A DNA stretch of 62,915 bases, filler included, from Platydemus manokwari (GCA_037951405.1; 5 parts of 5 records of this genome joined end to end with filler, not necessarily neighbours in it), one strand, 5' to 3'; shown: positions 12,184 through 26,922, counted from the whole stretch's first letter. Notes: generated from the sequence alone by a model not told the origin. Made by a program: numbers and translations.

Positions 12184-14341
12184 ACTCGACTACACAAGTT
12201 TCATGCGAACAATTATGAATGATTTTGAAATCAACTTGAAAACCTTTCGAGTACAAACGAAAATTAAATTCCAAAACGAACTTTCACAAAACAGAAATGA
12301 TTTTCATTTTTAACAATTACTATTTTAGTGATTTAAAGATTTTTATTCTTTGATTTAATTCACTGGTGATGGTGAGTATAAACAATTATTAAACCAAATG
12401 GACTATTTGAAAAGTATTATCACAAGGTACTGGTTTCTAATCTATACATGGCTATAGATTCAATAGTTTTAAAATTATATAATTCATTGTAGAATGATTT
12501 AATCATTGAAACATTATCTTTTGATAATTTACTTATTATTAAACAATTTGAATCCTGGTTTTCATTTTGATATGAAGAATCATGATGACTCATTAAAGGT
12601 TTGACTTTTTGTGAAACCTGTTCTAAGTTTTTATCTATGTTAGAGAGGCTGTAACTACAACTTCTCCAGGAAGCTTCTAATTTTCCAATTAATATACAAT
12701 CGAAAACTTTGTAAAAGTCAACTACTTAAACTGTCTTATTTCTTGAGGAAATTCAATGAACTTTAAAAAGTTATATTATAAACCCATGTCTCGACGATAC
12801 ACGTTGAAATGTAAATAAAATTCAACTTATTTGGTTGTTTAATCTTAAAGTAAGTAAAAGAAATTTTAACTAAGGAAATATTTGGGAAATATACCAATGA
12901 ATATGTAATAAGAAAGAAATAAATAGTAAGAATATTAAACTGAAACCCTTGGTGAAGAAAGTAAACATTAAAGCCAATGAAATGATTGTAACGTGGTGAG
13001 TAGACTAATGTTGCATTGGATTAATCCTATTTGTTGATGTATGTATTACGAGGTTATTTATTTAAATTGTAGATCTAACAAAAAGTGTTCCTCAATGTAT
13101 ACAAGGGGTGAAACTAAATTATTAAGCATGTTACGAGTTAGTTTAACATTCATCTAATTTAATGACTATGGTACATGAATCAAGAAAAGCTTTTGCATGA
13201 GAGGAAGATAAGCTAAAATTCCGCCAGTTACCATTTTATATATTTTTCTTATTTTCAAAAAATCAAAACTCTGTTCTTTAAAAATTAGCTTATAGCTTGC
13301 TGAGATCCATTCGGTTGAATTTTTCGTTTCTCTTATATTGATGCAAGCACTTGTATTTGATAAATATGGTACATAGTTATTGTTGATCAAATCCTGACGG
13401 ATAAGTACTGTTATTTACTCATTGAATACATAGCTATAACCGTTTGAGCAATATATTTGACCACTTATGCTGGTTTACGCGCTGAGATAATTAATAGATT
13501 CATCTGGTGGTATTATTGCATCATAAAATTGTAATAGCTTTTTAAAACTTTGGCGACTCTTTTATAGTAAGCTTTTTATTAAGGTCATATTTATTATTAT
13601 TATTCTAATTTTTTATTCTTGCGTATGTCACTTATTATTTATAAATATTAAGTTTAGCACCCACACTACTCAGTTCCTAACGTGGCTCGTTCTCTTAGTC
13701 TGGCTCCTCTCTAGTTTGTATAAGCCATTAAGATAACATTAAGCAAGTTATATTTAAAAGTTATAACGCTGATAAATACAAGGACAAACCCATTAGACAA
13801 TATTTGTGTTTGTCAAATTATTAATTTGTTCCAGTAGTTGTGTTTCCATCACAGAATCAATTTCTGCCTACTAGGGCGACACTCTGTGCGCATGCGGCTA
13901 CTCGACAATTACTATTTATACATTCAGTACGATTATATGCATTGGAACCATTACATTTACGCTAGTACGTCACGTTTATAAAATATTTTAACTTTTTAAA
14001 GAAAATCTAAAGAATCCAAATAATGAAATTCACAAAATAAAGTATTGTGTAACACGAACAACATGAAGGGTGAAAAATTTGTCAGAAATTTATGTTAAAA
14101 GATTAACATAAAGAATAAATAATCAAGACAATATCAAATTTAACGTGACACAAGGATCAAACCATTTTGGATCAATAATAATCTATTTTTAAAATTTATA
14201 AATCAAACTCTCTAAGGTCATAGTTAAGTTCTTGCGATTTCACCAAGTTAACTGAACTTATTGTTACAAACCTGTAGTTTCTTTTGAAGTGTGACAATTT
14301 AATATTGAATAAAAATTTAAGAGTCATTCTTGTTAGTTAAT

Positions 14342-14459
14342 TAAAGAACTTTTATATAAATAACAGAACATAAGTTAATATTTAAAAACTTAAGTTGAGC
14401 TTCGCAAAATCTTTTAACACCTAAAACTAAAGAACTTTTATATAAATAACAGAACATAA
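14342..14459. repeat. 32-bp exact direct repeat (two copies)
   Basis: taaagaacttttatataaataacagaacataa at 14342-14373 and 14428-14459. Confidence 0.9.
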
Positions 14460-15070
14460 ATTTTCCATGTTGCCGCTAGTTCACTTATTAATTTATAAAA
14501 CTTCAAGATTTATCAGCATTTCGCAAATTAATTCTCACAACTATATCCATTTCTTATTCGGAATTTCAATTTCCTATGGTTTACTGCATACCCTACTGGT
14601 CACCTCAGTTTTAGAAAGTGCAGCTCTTTCTCCTTTTTCTTTAAATATTTATAAAATATTTATCACCTCTTGATCATCTCCAAGCTTTTTTTCCGTGGAA
14701 TTGGAGGTATTGTCCTTGACACTAGTCTCCTAACAGTATAGTGTGGTATAATTTAACCTCTCGACTAAATTATGATAGTTTATATGACAAATTTAGTATC
14801 GCAGCTTTAAATAACAGCAAGCAAATTAAAAATAAAATAAATTAGAATCGCAGAAAAACAAAGTTGAGTTAAATATTTAAATTAATTAAAATTTGATAAT
14901 TAAAATCTAATAACAGTAAAAAATTCAATTACAATAATTGAGAAAGAAGTTTATTTCATCATTAAAAAAAGATTTTTTATGTGTATATAGTTCTGTTGAA
15001 TTACTGAAAAGCATTTTTGTTTTAAAATACAATATTGTTCGAATCATTTACACATATTAAATTAAATTAT

Positions 15071-15500
15071 ATGTCGCTTAATCTTAGAAGAAGGAAAACA
15101 GGTTGAAAATTTATAATTATTTTTCCTATTAAACATTATTTTCTAGACGCTTTGAAATGTATGCTTAATTTCAATACACCAATAACCAAAGTAATCAACT
15201 TTGAGAAATTGTGGAAAGTATGATTTTAAAATTTCTTTTTCAATTTTCTTTTTGATTTTGAAATTCAATAAATCAGGTTTTAATTTGTGATAAGCATGGT
15301 TTGGATATAATTGCAACTCTTTTCACACAGAAAGGTTTGAGAGATCTTGGAGTTACTCTTACATTGTTAGTATTAGATGACTTATATGACACAATTTATT
15401 TATTGATAGGAATATTAATTCAGAACGGGAACCGTTGCCAGATGTTCCGTGTATTTATTTTGTCCTACCAACAAATGACAACATTACCAAAATTTGCAAA
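15071..15500 (+). CDS. SCFD1: Sec1-family protein SCFD1/Sly1, 5' exons (truncated by contig end)
   Basis: Exons 15071-15101, 15147-15217, 15277-15365, 15410-15500 with GT-AG introns and consistent phases give MSLNLRRRKTDALKCMLNFNTPITKVINFEKLWKVLICDKHGLDIIATLFTQKGLRDLGVTLTLNINSEREPLPDVPCIYFVLPTNDNITKICK. This matches the Sly1 N-terminal motifs (MLNFN..WKVLIYD..G.DII..LRD.G.TL..R.P.PDVP..YF..PT..NI). Confidence 0.92.
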
Positions 15501-16274
15501 GTATTTATTTAAAGTTAATTTTTAAAAATTAATCAAATAATTGCAACGAAATAAATTTGATATAATTAAATTATTTTTGATTTAGAAGTTTGATTTTGAT
15601 TTTTTGCTTTTTTTATTAATAATCTTGACTTATCGTTTATGAAATGTAAAATGTTTTGATATTATGTAATTGTGTAACTTTGATCTTAGCATTGGGCAAA
15701 GCAAACAGCTTGGGGATTGTTTGGTGTTTATTATACTGATTATTTCATGTTTTGAGTAAAATAACTTTTCAATATTGGTTAATTAGTCAATAATTATCAA
15801 TGAGTTTCCTAGGTCAAATTTGATTTATTATCCTGAATACTAGCATATTTATAATTATCCCCAAACAATCACTCTAGAAACCACCATTAATGGGTGATAT
15901 TTAAAGTACAAACCTATGACAAGAAACTTTCAACAAAACTAAGAATGTTTATTATGTCACCATCAATTGTCGAAAATTAATCATTATTTTTATAAGTTAT
16001 AAGGGTTTATTTACTTGAATCTTCGTCAAATACACCCTGGAATACACTGATATATTGGTTTTATAGTACTTTCTAGGATATTTGATAATTTGTCACTCAC
16101 ATTTGCTATCATTTACTGGTTGTATGTATGAGTTGTAATTGAATTTTGTCTTCACATTATATTCTTGCAATAATTATAAAAATAATATCATTATCCATAT
16201 TATTAATAGAGATTAATATTAATATTATTATAGATCGAATATATTGCTAATGAACCTGTTTATGATTACGTGGA

Positions 16275-16374
16275 NNNNNNNNNNNNNNNNNNNNNNNNNN
16301 NNNNNNNNNNNNNNNNNNTTAATTAATTAANNNNNNNNNNNNNNNNNNNNNNNNNNNNNNNNNNNNNNNNNNNN
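16275..16374. other. Artificial contig spacer (44N-TTAATTAATTAA-44N)
   Basis: Identical 100-nt structure occurs four times. The 12-mer puts stops in all six frames. Confidence 0.97.
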
Positions 16375-17005
16375 CTACAACTGCCGCGGATATTTTTGTT
16401 GATTATATCTTCATGTAATTTAATAACGATAATAATTTAATAATAATAATAATCGTTTTTCACCAAACTGAAAGAAATTTGTGAAATCTATTTTTATCGA
16501 TTTAAAAAGACCATTTATAATCTGAGGGAGACATAAATAGAAATTGTCAGTGATATTAATTTTATATGGATGGTTCAAAACATAAACAATAGATAAAATA
16601 ATACAGTCATCTCTTATGATTTCAGACCGGGTTAGATACAGAGAACAAAACATATTGATATAATTACACTGATATCTGTTTACAAAACAATGAATTGTTT
16701 AAAAAGCCACAAGAGTTAAATAATCAATATGAATCTTTCGTAAAGTATTCATTATATCAATATATTTCTCCGATTTTATATAATACGATTTATATAATCA
16801 GATTTTATCAATTTTTTTAATATAATAGAAAATTTTGTGATCCAACTCCACAAACGGTCGCCAAGAAGAAGAAACTGAAGGCATATCGTGAATATCCTGG
16901 TTTAAAAGAATTTAATAGCTAATTTAGTGTGAAAGACTTCATTCATTATAGGTAATGAGTAATAAATAAATAAAATAATAAATAAAATAAATAAAGTATA
17001 AAATA

Positions 17006-18020
17006 ATGCGTGTATTGTATATATACATTATATTTAGTATTACCTGTATGATTTTCTCGGGAATCAAAGGAAGCTTTTCTTGCATTTGTGAACAACAATT
17101 AACCAAGAATCTAATCATGTCCACGGATATTGTCGCAATTTCCAAATTTTCAAATCTAAGAAGACTCAGTAACAGTAAAATACAATGGCGAACATCGTTC
17201 AAATCCGAAGTAGACGTTTCTATGGTCAACAATTGAGAGTAGCAATGTAAACTAATACATATTATGCTAAGAATTCTTGAACCAAGTATTGGCTCACGTT
17301 TGGCCGAATAAATCAATATATTGATAATTTCGCTCTAATATGAATGATAATAGTAACAATAATAATATAAAGACATTTTCTTTGAATAGTAAAAACCTTA
17401 TAGGGCATAGAATCAATAATATTGATGTGTTTCACATCCGGATCAAACACTTTGAAAGTACCATTTAGTTCGTGCAATTTTAGCATTTGACATAATAAAG
17501 AGATCGCTTCCATTTTTGGAATCTGTTTGGAAGAAAATGCTAATGGCATACAACAATTAATTCATTTACTTCAGTGGAATTTATCTGAGATTCTTCATTT
17601 ATCTTCAAAACAATCTCACAGGCTTTTATCAAATCGAGAATGAGAATTTCCGATCCGGCTAAAGCCATTGAAAAGAAATGAAAACCCAAATTGCTAATCA
17701 AACTACAAATGTAAATCTAAACGAAACGTTTTTTCATCACATCACAAAAGGTTCAACGATAATCTCACTTTATCTTCACTCTGAACAATGGAATGGATTA
17801 GTTTATAAAATTGAGCCAAATGATCAACAGACGGTTCAATATCGAGTTTTCGAACAGTTATCTTACAAAGAATTTTCAATGCGATAAGTTTTATATTGTC
17901 ATACTCGGAATCGAATTTGAAAATCTGGGAGGAAAAAAATCAAAATTTGAAATTTTATATATGTTCATATCGATCAGTAATATATTTGATAAAAAAAATT
18001 TATGGCCATCTGAAAGATAA
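17006..18020 (+). pseudogene. Decayed secreted protein gene with TIMP/NTR(NtA)-like N-terminus
   Basis: Signal peptide MRVLYIYIIFSITCMIFSGIKGSFS followed by CICEQQLTKNLIMSTDIVAISKF, with the same spacing as TIMP C1-x-C3...D16-L/I-V...K22-F23. Downstream coding-like segments are broken by stops and frameshifts. Confidence 0.4.
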
Positions 18021-19144
18021 TAATGATTCACAAGACCTGAAAAATATTTATCAAAAAACGATAAAAATGATTTCTATGCCAAACTTTTAGTGGATTTAAA
18101 TTTGATTCGTGGGATTTCATAATTGGTGATTTTATCGATTATATTATATATTCGTTCATTAATATATCTGTTCATAAATATTGATCTAGGTTTATATTAA
18201 ATGAAATAGAAATTTCATGTTATCCATCAACTGAAAACTCAAATATTAAAAATCATGAAATTTCAAAATCTGTGCTTCCTTAACACTGATGAGATCTGAC
18301 AGATGACGAATATCAAAATTTTATTTTTTTTAACCTGATATATATATATACATATTGAAATTCAAAAAATTGTTTTGATCTGAAAATCAATTTATAACCT
18401 CCATTATTAACGAATTTTAAATATTTTCCAATAATGCTTGATATATTAATAAATTTCACATAATTATTACACTTAATATTCTGCTATTCTCTAATAAATC
18501 AAAAGAAAATCATTTGATAGAACTCAAGAGTAATTATGGATATATTCATATATTTCGATAAGGCCACATTTTCACTGCTAAATTCAACGATGCATTTCAA
18601 ATCGGATAAAAATCATATCATTATGAATTCTCTTATTATTAAGTAGACATTAATAAACTGTAATTTCATAGCCAAAGTAAAGAATTTTTTCCAAAACTGA
18701 CGAAAATAGCATAAAATAAATGCATTTATTTATTCATTTTAAAAAATTATATTCGATCATATTTTACATCATTCTATTATGTTTATAAGTTTATCGTTGG
18801 TAAAATGTGAGTTCTGTGAATCAAATTCAATATTTTTCTAGATCATTGGAATAAATTAATGAAACATCATTAGATCTTTACCAATGAGGGTTGAATTGGT
18901 TGGTTTGTATAAGCCTTATAGTTGGAAAACATAGCCATATAATTTTCACGTGAGTGAAGCTTTCTTTAAAATTAAGTGATATTTTATTTGAGGAAACAGG
19001 TTTTCAGAAAACAATGTTTCTATCACATAAAAATCTTATCCGTTTTTATATCCATTTTTAAATTTGTATATAAAGAACCTTTTATATATATATATGAATC
19101 CTGTCAAATTTCCTTTTTAGACGTATTATTTATTACCATATATA

Positions 19145-19473
19145 CAGTCGAACTGGATTAATATCAATAATACCAAAAGTATCATCACCGTTGAGTGAGG
19201 ATTTCTAGCAATTTGTTTCTTTTTCGAAAACTGTTTAACAAAAACTAGTTGTCTTTAATTTACAAAAAAAATTGATCACAATTTACAAAAAACTGTTACA
19301 AATAGATCGACATTTCTAGTTCGAGTAATTATTACTGGTGATGAAAATCGCTGGTAGTCATTGGTGACTCTAATTGTTTGTATCTAGTTTCCTACAAAGC
19401 TGATTTAATATAAATACTCAGTAATACGATATTTCCAAGAACAAGGGAAATGATAATGAACCGAATTAGACTG
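19145..19473. mobile_element. Tc1/pogo(Tigger)-type MITE, degenerate
   Basis: TA|CAGTCGAACTGGATTAAT left end and ATGAACCGAATTAGACTG right end form imperfect TIRs. A related element is at 58950-59378. Confidence 0.45.
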
Positions 19474-19624
19474 TTCTACAATACAATTTAATATTAATCA
19501 ATTATTCTTGTCAATATAATAAAATCCTTTGGAACATTCACATTAAAATTGATTAAAACCATTCACCCCAACATTACCAATCAAAAATATTCTAATAATT
19601 TTAATAGAAAAATATATGAAATAC

Positions 19625-22600
19625 TTGAAACATCCAGGGAACGATATATTCAATTGGAGGGATGTACGTAGGAGGTGTTGGAGTAACTTGATTGCCGTTT
19701 GGAATACACATATTTTCTCTCATTTTAATAAATGAATCGGTTAATTCGGAAAAATATTCAAAGATAGTCAATAGATTTTTCATATTTTTAATTTGTGTGA
19801 CATTTCCCAACAATCCAATACACCTTTTCCACAATAACACTGCCGATTCCGAATTCCAACCGATCACGGTGCCACCCAATAGTACGTGGTGATCATTTAG
19901 ATTATGCGATGTGAACTCTGAAGGCATGGAATTTAGAAAATTAAAATCACACTTAGACAAGAACCTTGATTGGATAAATCTTGAGTTTCACTAATAGCAT
20001 TAACTATATTATCATCTATATTCATGCTATTCCTATCCCCTCTTTTCGATTGTTGAGTTTTACGCCGACTCGTATGTTTAGTCGGAGTTCGGGAAGAATC
20101 CTCTATGGTGTCTTGTGCAGAAAATCTGCATAACTGTGTCGCAATATCCACATCACTTTCATCTCGTGTTAAAGTTGCTGATTTGCTCTCTCCATCGTAA
20201 TAAGGATTATCAATAATTTCACCTTCACTTTCATCATCTGCGTCAATATTAATATCTGCAAGTATTGATTAATTTCCAGACATCAATCATCTACTCACCT
20301 TCACTTTCTCCATTATACATGGGTTTAAGTGAAGCATCAAATGAACTGTTACCCTCAATGCTTGTATCACCACCAGATGAGGAGAGCGGAATGAACTCAC
20401 TATCAGACTGTATTCCAGCGCTTGTTTCAACATTTTTGTCTTTACACTACATTAAGGAAATCCAATTACATCAATATAATGGAATGAATGTACATTAGAA
20501 GCAAGCAATAGCATAATTTTCGGATGAAATATAGGTATATTTATCACATTAATTCGCAGATAATTTAATGAGACAAATCAAGTTACATCGAATAATTTCG
20601 CATAAATTAAACAGCATTCTAGAGCATAAAGTTAAAAAGATTTGATTTAAATAAAGCATAAATATTTCGACACATGCTAGCCTACCAACCAAATAACGGT
20701 TTCGATACGGTAGAGTAAGATATTTATTTCCGATAGAGTTACTTGGTGAATGATAACGAGAGCCAGATATATACTCCATAGCACTTTTGTATGACTGTTA
20801 TAATTTTATATGTAAAATATAAGCGATTGTTTTAACAAATGTCAATAGAGTAATCATACAGAGAAAGGTTTGTATAAATAATCATAGACGTATTATTATT
20901 TATTTTTAATTAATTAATATATCTATATTGATTAATAAATTTTGTAAATATTTAAAATTAACGTAAATATTTAAAAAGAACGTTTTGATTAAAAAAATAA
21001 TTTAATTCAATGAATCACAATGATTATGAAGGCTAGTTGTTAGAACATCTAGTACGCAAGATGTCATTTATCGATAATCTTTTGTACTCATCAATATCAA
21101 ATAAAATATCGAATCCATAATTAAACATAGCTATTCCCTCCCCTACTTCGTAATTACTAATCACATATAGTAACAGTAATTTTGGTTTCCAATCAGATAT
21201 TTGAACTATAAATTTAGCATATGTTTATAACATTAAATATTCTATTTTGAATTGAACGATGTGACTAATATGGCCAACATGAATATAATTTATTTTGAAA
21301 ATCAGTTAATGACAATGCTATTTAAAAATAGAACACACGTATTGTGAATAATTAAAAATTGGACTTCTTCGGTGAATAAGATATAGTTATCAAAATATTT
21401 TTGACATTTTTCGTATTTTCAAATGTATTCACTGGAATTCTTACCAGGCTATGTTTTCAAGTGTTTTCCACATCGGCAATTTGTTTGTAAAGATAAAAAA
21501 AATCATGCCTACTAAAATTTTCGTATTACCCAGGAAATTTTATAACAATTAACTTTCAAGAAGATTTGTCCAGAGACTATCGAACTTTTGTATGAAAATG
21601 GAATTATACTGTTTCACGCAAAACATTTTTTTATTTGTGAATCGAACCATTCTCGTTTAATATATGAGAATGTAAATTATTCGACTAGTGGTCTAAATGA
21701 AAGGCAATATGATAATAAATGAGGCCAAAAATTCCTCTTTTCTTGATTATTTGATAAAAACCTCAACATCAAAAACGGTTTGAGAAAGTTAATTAATATT
21801 CATCCTTATTCAAATTTTGAAAATCATATACATATTTGCTGCATTTAACTAAATTCATTTTACATTTCCGATAATTTATATAATATAGCCCCGAAATTTT
21901 CGAGGATATTCGTGACATTTTATTGGATCATTTACTTTCAATTCATGTATTCTCGCCATAAGAGTTTCATTTTATTCAGCATCTTTTATTTAAGCGACAA
22001 ATAATCATTTTCGAATTTCCATATAAATATTTTTGATCATATATATTTTATAATGCAATCATTGAAGAAAATTTTGAAGCGATTTATGGTAAATATATTA
22101 GTAACTTATTCAATTTTTTATATATAAAATAAAAACTGTGACAAATACGAAAATCAGTCTTATATTTTTAATTCTCAAATGTTCCTAATGAAGTTCAATA
22201 ATTTCTAGAAGAATAAGCAAAACATTATCAAATCGAAACCCAAATTTACGTGATAACAGATATTGATTTATAGTTGTTATCCTGGATAGAAAATCACATA
22301 GTGATAAAATAGTAATACAAATCATTATCATCAAAAATAATATTATTATCATCAAAATAATAAAGCACTAAGTGATTTCGATGCATTGAAACGAAAACCG
22401 GGTAATCATAATATTGTTTTAATTCATAAATAAAAGCAATTATTAGAGGCTTTTATTATATTTACAAAATAATTATGAGCTAACCTGAGGACTACTAGAA
22501 TCTTCGGCAGATAAGTAACTAGATGTTTCCTCATGACTAGAATAAGCAAAACTTCCAGTATCCATTTCAGTGGTCTCATAAGGACCAATTCTATTGGTTT

Positions 22601-25050
22601 CTGTGTGATTCTGAATTGGAAATTAAATGAAATAATATTAAAAGATATTTTCGATTTATGGTTTTAAAAAATCTCAAAATCTTAATTTCATGAAAAATGA
22701 AAAATTTCATTGGAAATCCATGTGTATTTTAGATCTTGTTTATTCTTATTATCTAACTTTTTTATATTTTTAAATCATGATTTTATTACAATTTATTACC
22801 ACTATAACAAATTTTTAGCTCATAAATCTAAATATTTTTATCATTTTGTATTTTGGTAAATAAATATGAAAATAATAAAAATAATCTTTAAAATATAAAT
22901 ACAAATTTATATCAATAGCTTGTGACAATAATTAATTTTGATCCAAAGTTGATTGATTCCATCATGGCAAAATTTTTCTTTTAAGGATTTCATAGATCAA
23001 TTCACATGCAATTTGAGGCAATCTTTACAACAGTAATCAATGTAATTGAATACAGATTTTAAAATCATTTTATATTTTATTTAATATGTCATTACAATTT
23101 TTATAACGAATACACAATATACACGTATTATCCAAATACAAATTCAGTCGTCAAGAATTAGAAAAAATAACATGTCGATTTAAAATTTTCATCATCAAAA
23201 TGCTGAAAAAATCTTCATATGATAATAAATGGCAAATTAAAGAAATAAGAATTTCAGAAATTGGTAATCATATTTATTATCGATTCATCGCATCTAATTA
23301 ATATTATTTTCAATATTATTATAAATATTGTTTTTATATCTTGGCATGGCAAAGTTTGATAACAAATATTGGTAACAAATGGTTTCAGTAATTATAACAA
23401 TCAGCGATAACGAATTATATACACGAATGAATGGATTTATTCTTGTGTGGAAGAAAGAAATATCCAAATCATAACGCCTATGATAAACTTTAAAATTATC
23501 TTTTAATAAACCTAGCAAATCTAGAAATGAAAATAAATCATAAAGTCAGAGAATTTATTGAAAATAATTAATCTCTCTCAATGTTCAATTGATGGAAACA
23601 TGATTCACGGAATCAATATTGAAAAAAATGTGATTTGTTTGCAAACATTTAGTTGTATTCTATGATGAGATCTCCATCTTTCGTTTTTGAGAAAAAATTG
23701 AAATAAAATTAAAACAAATTATCAAAAATTAATAATCACGAAAAATGTAATAACAAATTAAATATTAAGGTTGGTATAAGGCTTCAAATTATGATTCCAT
23801 TGTGAATAGAATATAATAAAACATTTATTTATTTAAATATTTATTTATTATTAATTTATATCTAAATAATAATAATAATAATAAATAACAAAAATAATAA
23901 TAATAGTAAAAATGAATATCATTAATAATTATTCTAACGTTGAAAACGCTTACTACTTCTTTAACATCTGTCTTGGTAAACGTATTATTCCGTTGTTCCT
24001 GGTTAGTAATTATAGCATCTTCTGAATTTTGATGTAAACCTTCAATAAATGTTATATTTGTCTGAAAATTCAGAAAGGCGTTCATTGTATTAGACTTATA
24101 CGAATGTGGAGCAGAATCATGACCATTGGTGACAGTTAAAATACTTTCTATGGTTTAATGAGTTACAATCAATAATTCAAATACAATATCTGTTAACCTT
24201 CATTTATAGATGGTTTCTTAATTGGTTTGGACATTGTGGTTTTCTTAGCTCGACGTCCACGTCTCTCTTTCTTATCTAATGGTAAATCACTCATATCTAC
24301 ACCATACAATATTTTGCCCAGCATCTTCAACAATAATTCCAATGTTTTCTGCCATTCTTTAATAACAGCAATCCAATCAGTCAGAGATGAATAGACTTTT
24401 AAATATCTTTCCCAAATTTCATCTGATATGTAAGACACTAAATTAGATTTCAACATCAAAACGTTCAACGTTTGGAAAAATTGCCCAATTGTCGCATCGA
24501 TACTGATCCAGTGATTATCTGGACGATTTGATGGAGAATAACAACTGAGAACATTAAAGCTAATATCCAATAAAACATTCATTAAATGCTCGTTTTCTAA
24601 ATTTGATATGTTATAAACAGCTCGACGATAAATAAGAAGAATGATTTTCTTAATTAATTCTGAATGAAGACATTTCGTACTGGATTGCTGTTTCTTTGTT
24701 GGTGACGATCTCATTATCATAAAATCATTTTTATATTTTTGTAAAAATACTGTAGCGATATTGGTAAAAATGACACGCTGCATAGTTACTGATATTTTCA
24801 CCTTGTGATTCACTTCGTTGATGGAATCGTTGAATGTTGTTATTCCTTTGATTTCCATTGGAGATGAACAATCCAGCATAAAAGGTGGATGTTTATTTTC
24901 AATGGAAAATAGCCATGATTTATAAACATAAATAACTGATAAATGAGTCTTGTAGAATTGTAATGGAAGATAAAACGCATGTTGAAACAACTGATTGATA
25001 ATATTTACATTATCCTCGTTTTTGAATAAAATCTCGTGCATCTGCTGAAG
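19625..25050 (-). CDS. RALGAPA: Ral GTPase-activating protein subunit alpha (RALGAPA1/2-like), internal exons only
   Basis: Phase-consistent exons (minus): 25050-24198, 24147-~23939, 22610-22485, [20794-20690 candidate], 20446-20299, 20255-19965, 19917-19625. Motifs NVNIINQLFQHAFYLP...VYKSW, SSLTDWIAVIKEWQKT..LYGVDMSDLPLDK and VLLGGTVIGWNSESAVLLWKRCIGLLGNV...KMRENMCIP....TPTPPTYIPPIEYIVPWMF match recalled RalGAP alpha conserved blocks. The N-terminus and GAP domain are not on this contig. Confidence 0.9.
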
Positions 25051-26922
25051 CTGAAAAAGAGATAATTTCGCAATAAAAAAACAATCTCATCCATCTTTAA
25101 CAGAAACAAAATGTTCCTTAATAAAATAAGTATTCGTGCTAGCTGTTAGATTGTTAAATAAATCTCTCGTTTTACTCATGTTAATCTATTAAGCCTTCAT
25201 ATCGAGAAATAAATTTTGTAAGAATATCCTTTAAAAAAATATTATAAATAGCTAATATAGTTTATATTTTCATTATCGACTTTTCAAGTACAATTTCTCG
25301 GACATAACAAACTACACTAACTGATTCTAATCAATACAATTCTTCAGACAAATCAATTTTAGCTCAAAATAACGTGTTAAAGAGTTTGTTTTACAGATAA
25401 ACATAAAATTGACATTTAAAGACCAATTGAAAAAATTAAAATACGTCTCAAAGTAACAACTTAAAAATTAACATTATTTATCGACCTGCTCATACCCAAA
25501 TTCAAGTTCCTGAATATGAATTATTCAGTATGTATATAGAATAATATTTACAGTGATAAAATGTGAACATGAAATGTTTGAAAACAATTAACTGAGCTAT
25601 CAAACTGAAATTTCAACGAATGGAAAATCTGATAGCTCTTAATCGATTGCAAATTGATCTTTTTATCTGTTGGGTATTGTTAAAATTGCTGTGAAAGAAA
25701 AACTTTGTATTTTTGACAATCAAACAATATAATATCAACATTATATATCAATTTTTATAAAAATTTGTCAATGAAATGCAAAACTAGAACTCAAAATAAT
25801 CATGAAGCGAGAGTCAAAATTTTTGATTATTTATTTTTTTTATTTTATAACTTTAATTTTTGAGATCAAATATTTATAATCAGGAAGCATTTATAGTTAT
25901 ATATTATTATAACATAATTTATATTTAAAATATAATTGAGATCCCACATATTAATGTCATGAATCAACTAATAATAACAATAATAATAATAATATTAAAA
26001 TATTAAAAGTAAAAACCTATATAAATTTATTAAAGCTTTGAACTGGCCTAATATTATCCCAATCTGGAAAACAAATAGTCAGATTATTTAATGATTTTGT
26101 TTATCAAAATTATTTTTAAAAATATATAGTACGAATTTACAGTGTTTTTTCTTCGACATTTATAAGGGTTTACTAATTAATGACTTCTCGCTACCAATAC
26201 AGATAAATACATCCATAAAATTACCAATATTAAAAAAAAACTTCAGATATTTTATTTTACAAATATCTCCTAATGGCTTTAATAAATAATTTTAATGCCT
26301 TTCGTATTTGTGCGACTCGTAAATAAATTTTACATGAAGTTGAGCTGTGATTAAAACGAGACAGAATTTATGGGAAAAAATATGTTCAGTCTAAGGAAAC
26401 AATGTATTGATAATGTTGAATTTCCTCTTGAAACTATTCGATTTGTCTTTTTCGTTTTTCAAAATTTCTGATAAACATATTGTTTTTTGAAATGATTAGA
26501 AGAAAATTATATTTTCAAGGAATTTTATGAGGTTGTTATAGCAATTTTGCTGCCGCTTTTTTCTCTTTGATTTTGAGTGTTAAAAAATATTTGTTTCGAA
26601 ATAATATTGAACGAACCGTGATTATAATTGATAATAAAATTCAAAAACAGTTGAGTTGCTTTCATTAATATATTGGTGTTTGTATTGAACGGGATTAAAT
26701 AATTAAATATTTTTCAATTGATATCAGTTTAGTGATTGATATTTATTGGCGATAATCACTATTCGATATAAGTTTTCGAAAATGTCGACTCAGGAGATAT
26801 CTGACTTTTAATAGGGTTGATTAATTTAAACTAGGTTTCAAGAAAGAAAAAATTAATCAATAAGAAATAAATTTCTGTATTATATGACAATAATGATTTA
26901 AATAGTGTGGTTGATAAGGATT

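Noticed and set aside
13626-13880. Possible solo LTR (TGTCAC...GCGACA)
   Set aside because: No matching target-site duplication and no second copy in the window.
16319-16330. TTAATTAATTAA palindrome recurring every ~10 kb
   Set aside because: Always embedded in exactly 44+44 Ns. It is an assembly linker, not a biological repeat or CRISPR-like array.
18285-18312. CTGATGA followed by a small hairpin (hammerhead-like)
   Set aside because: No GAAA after the stem and no stems I or III.
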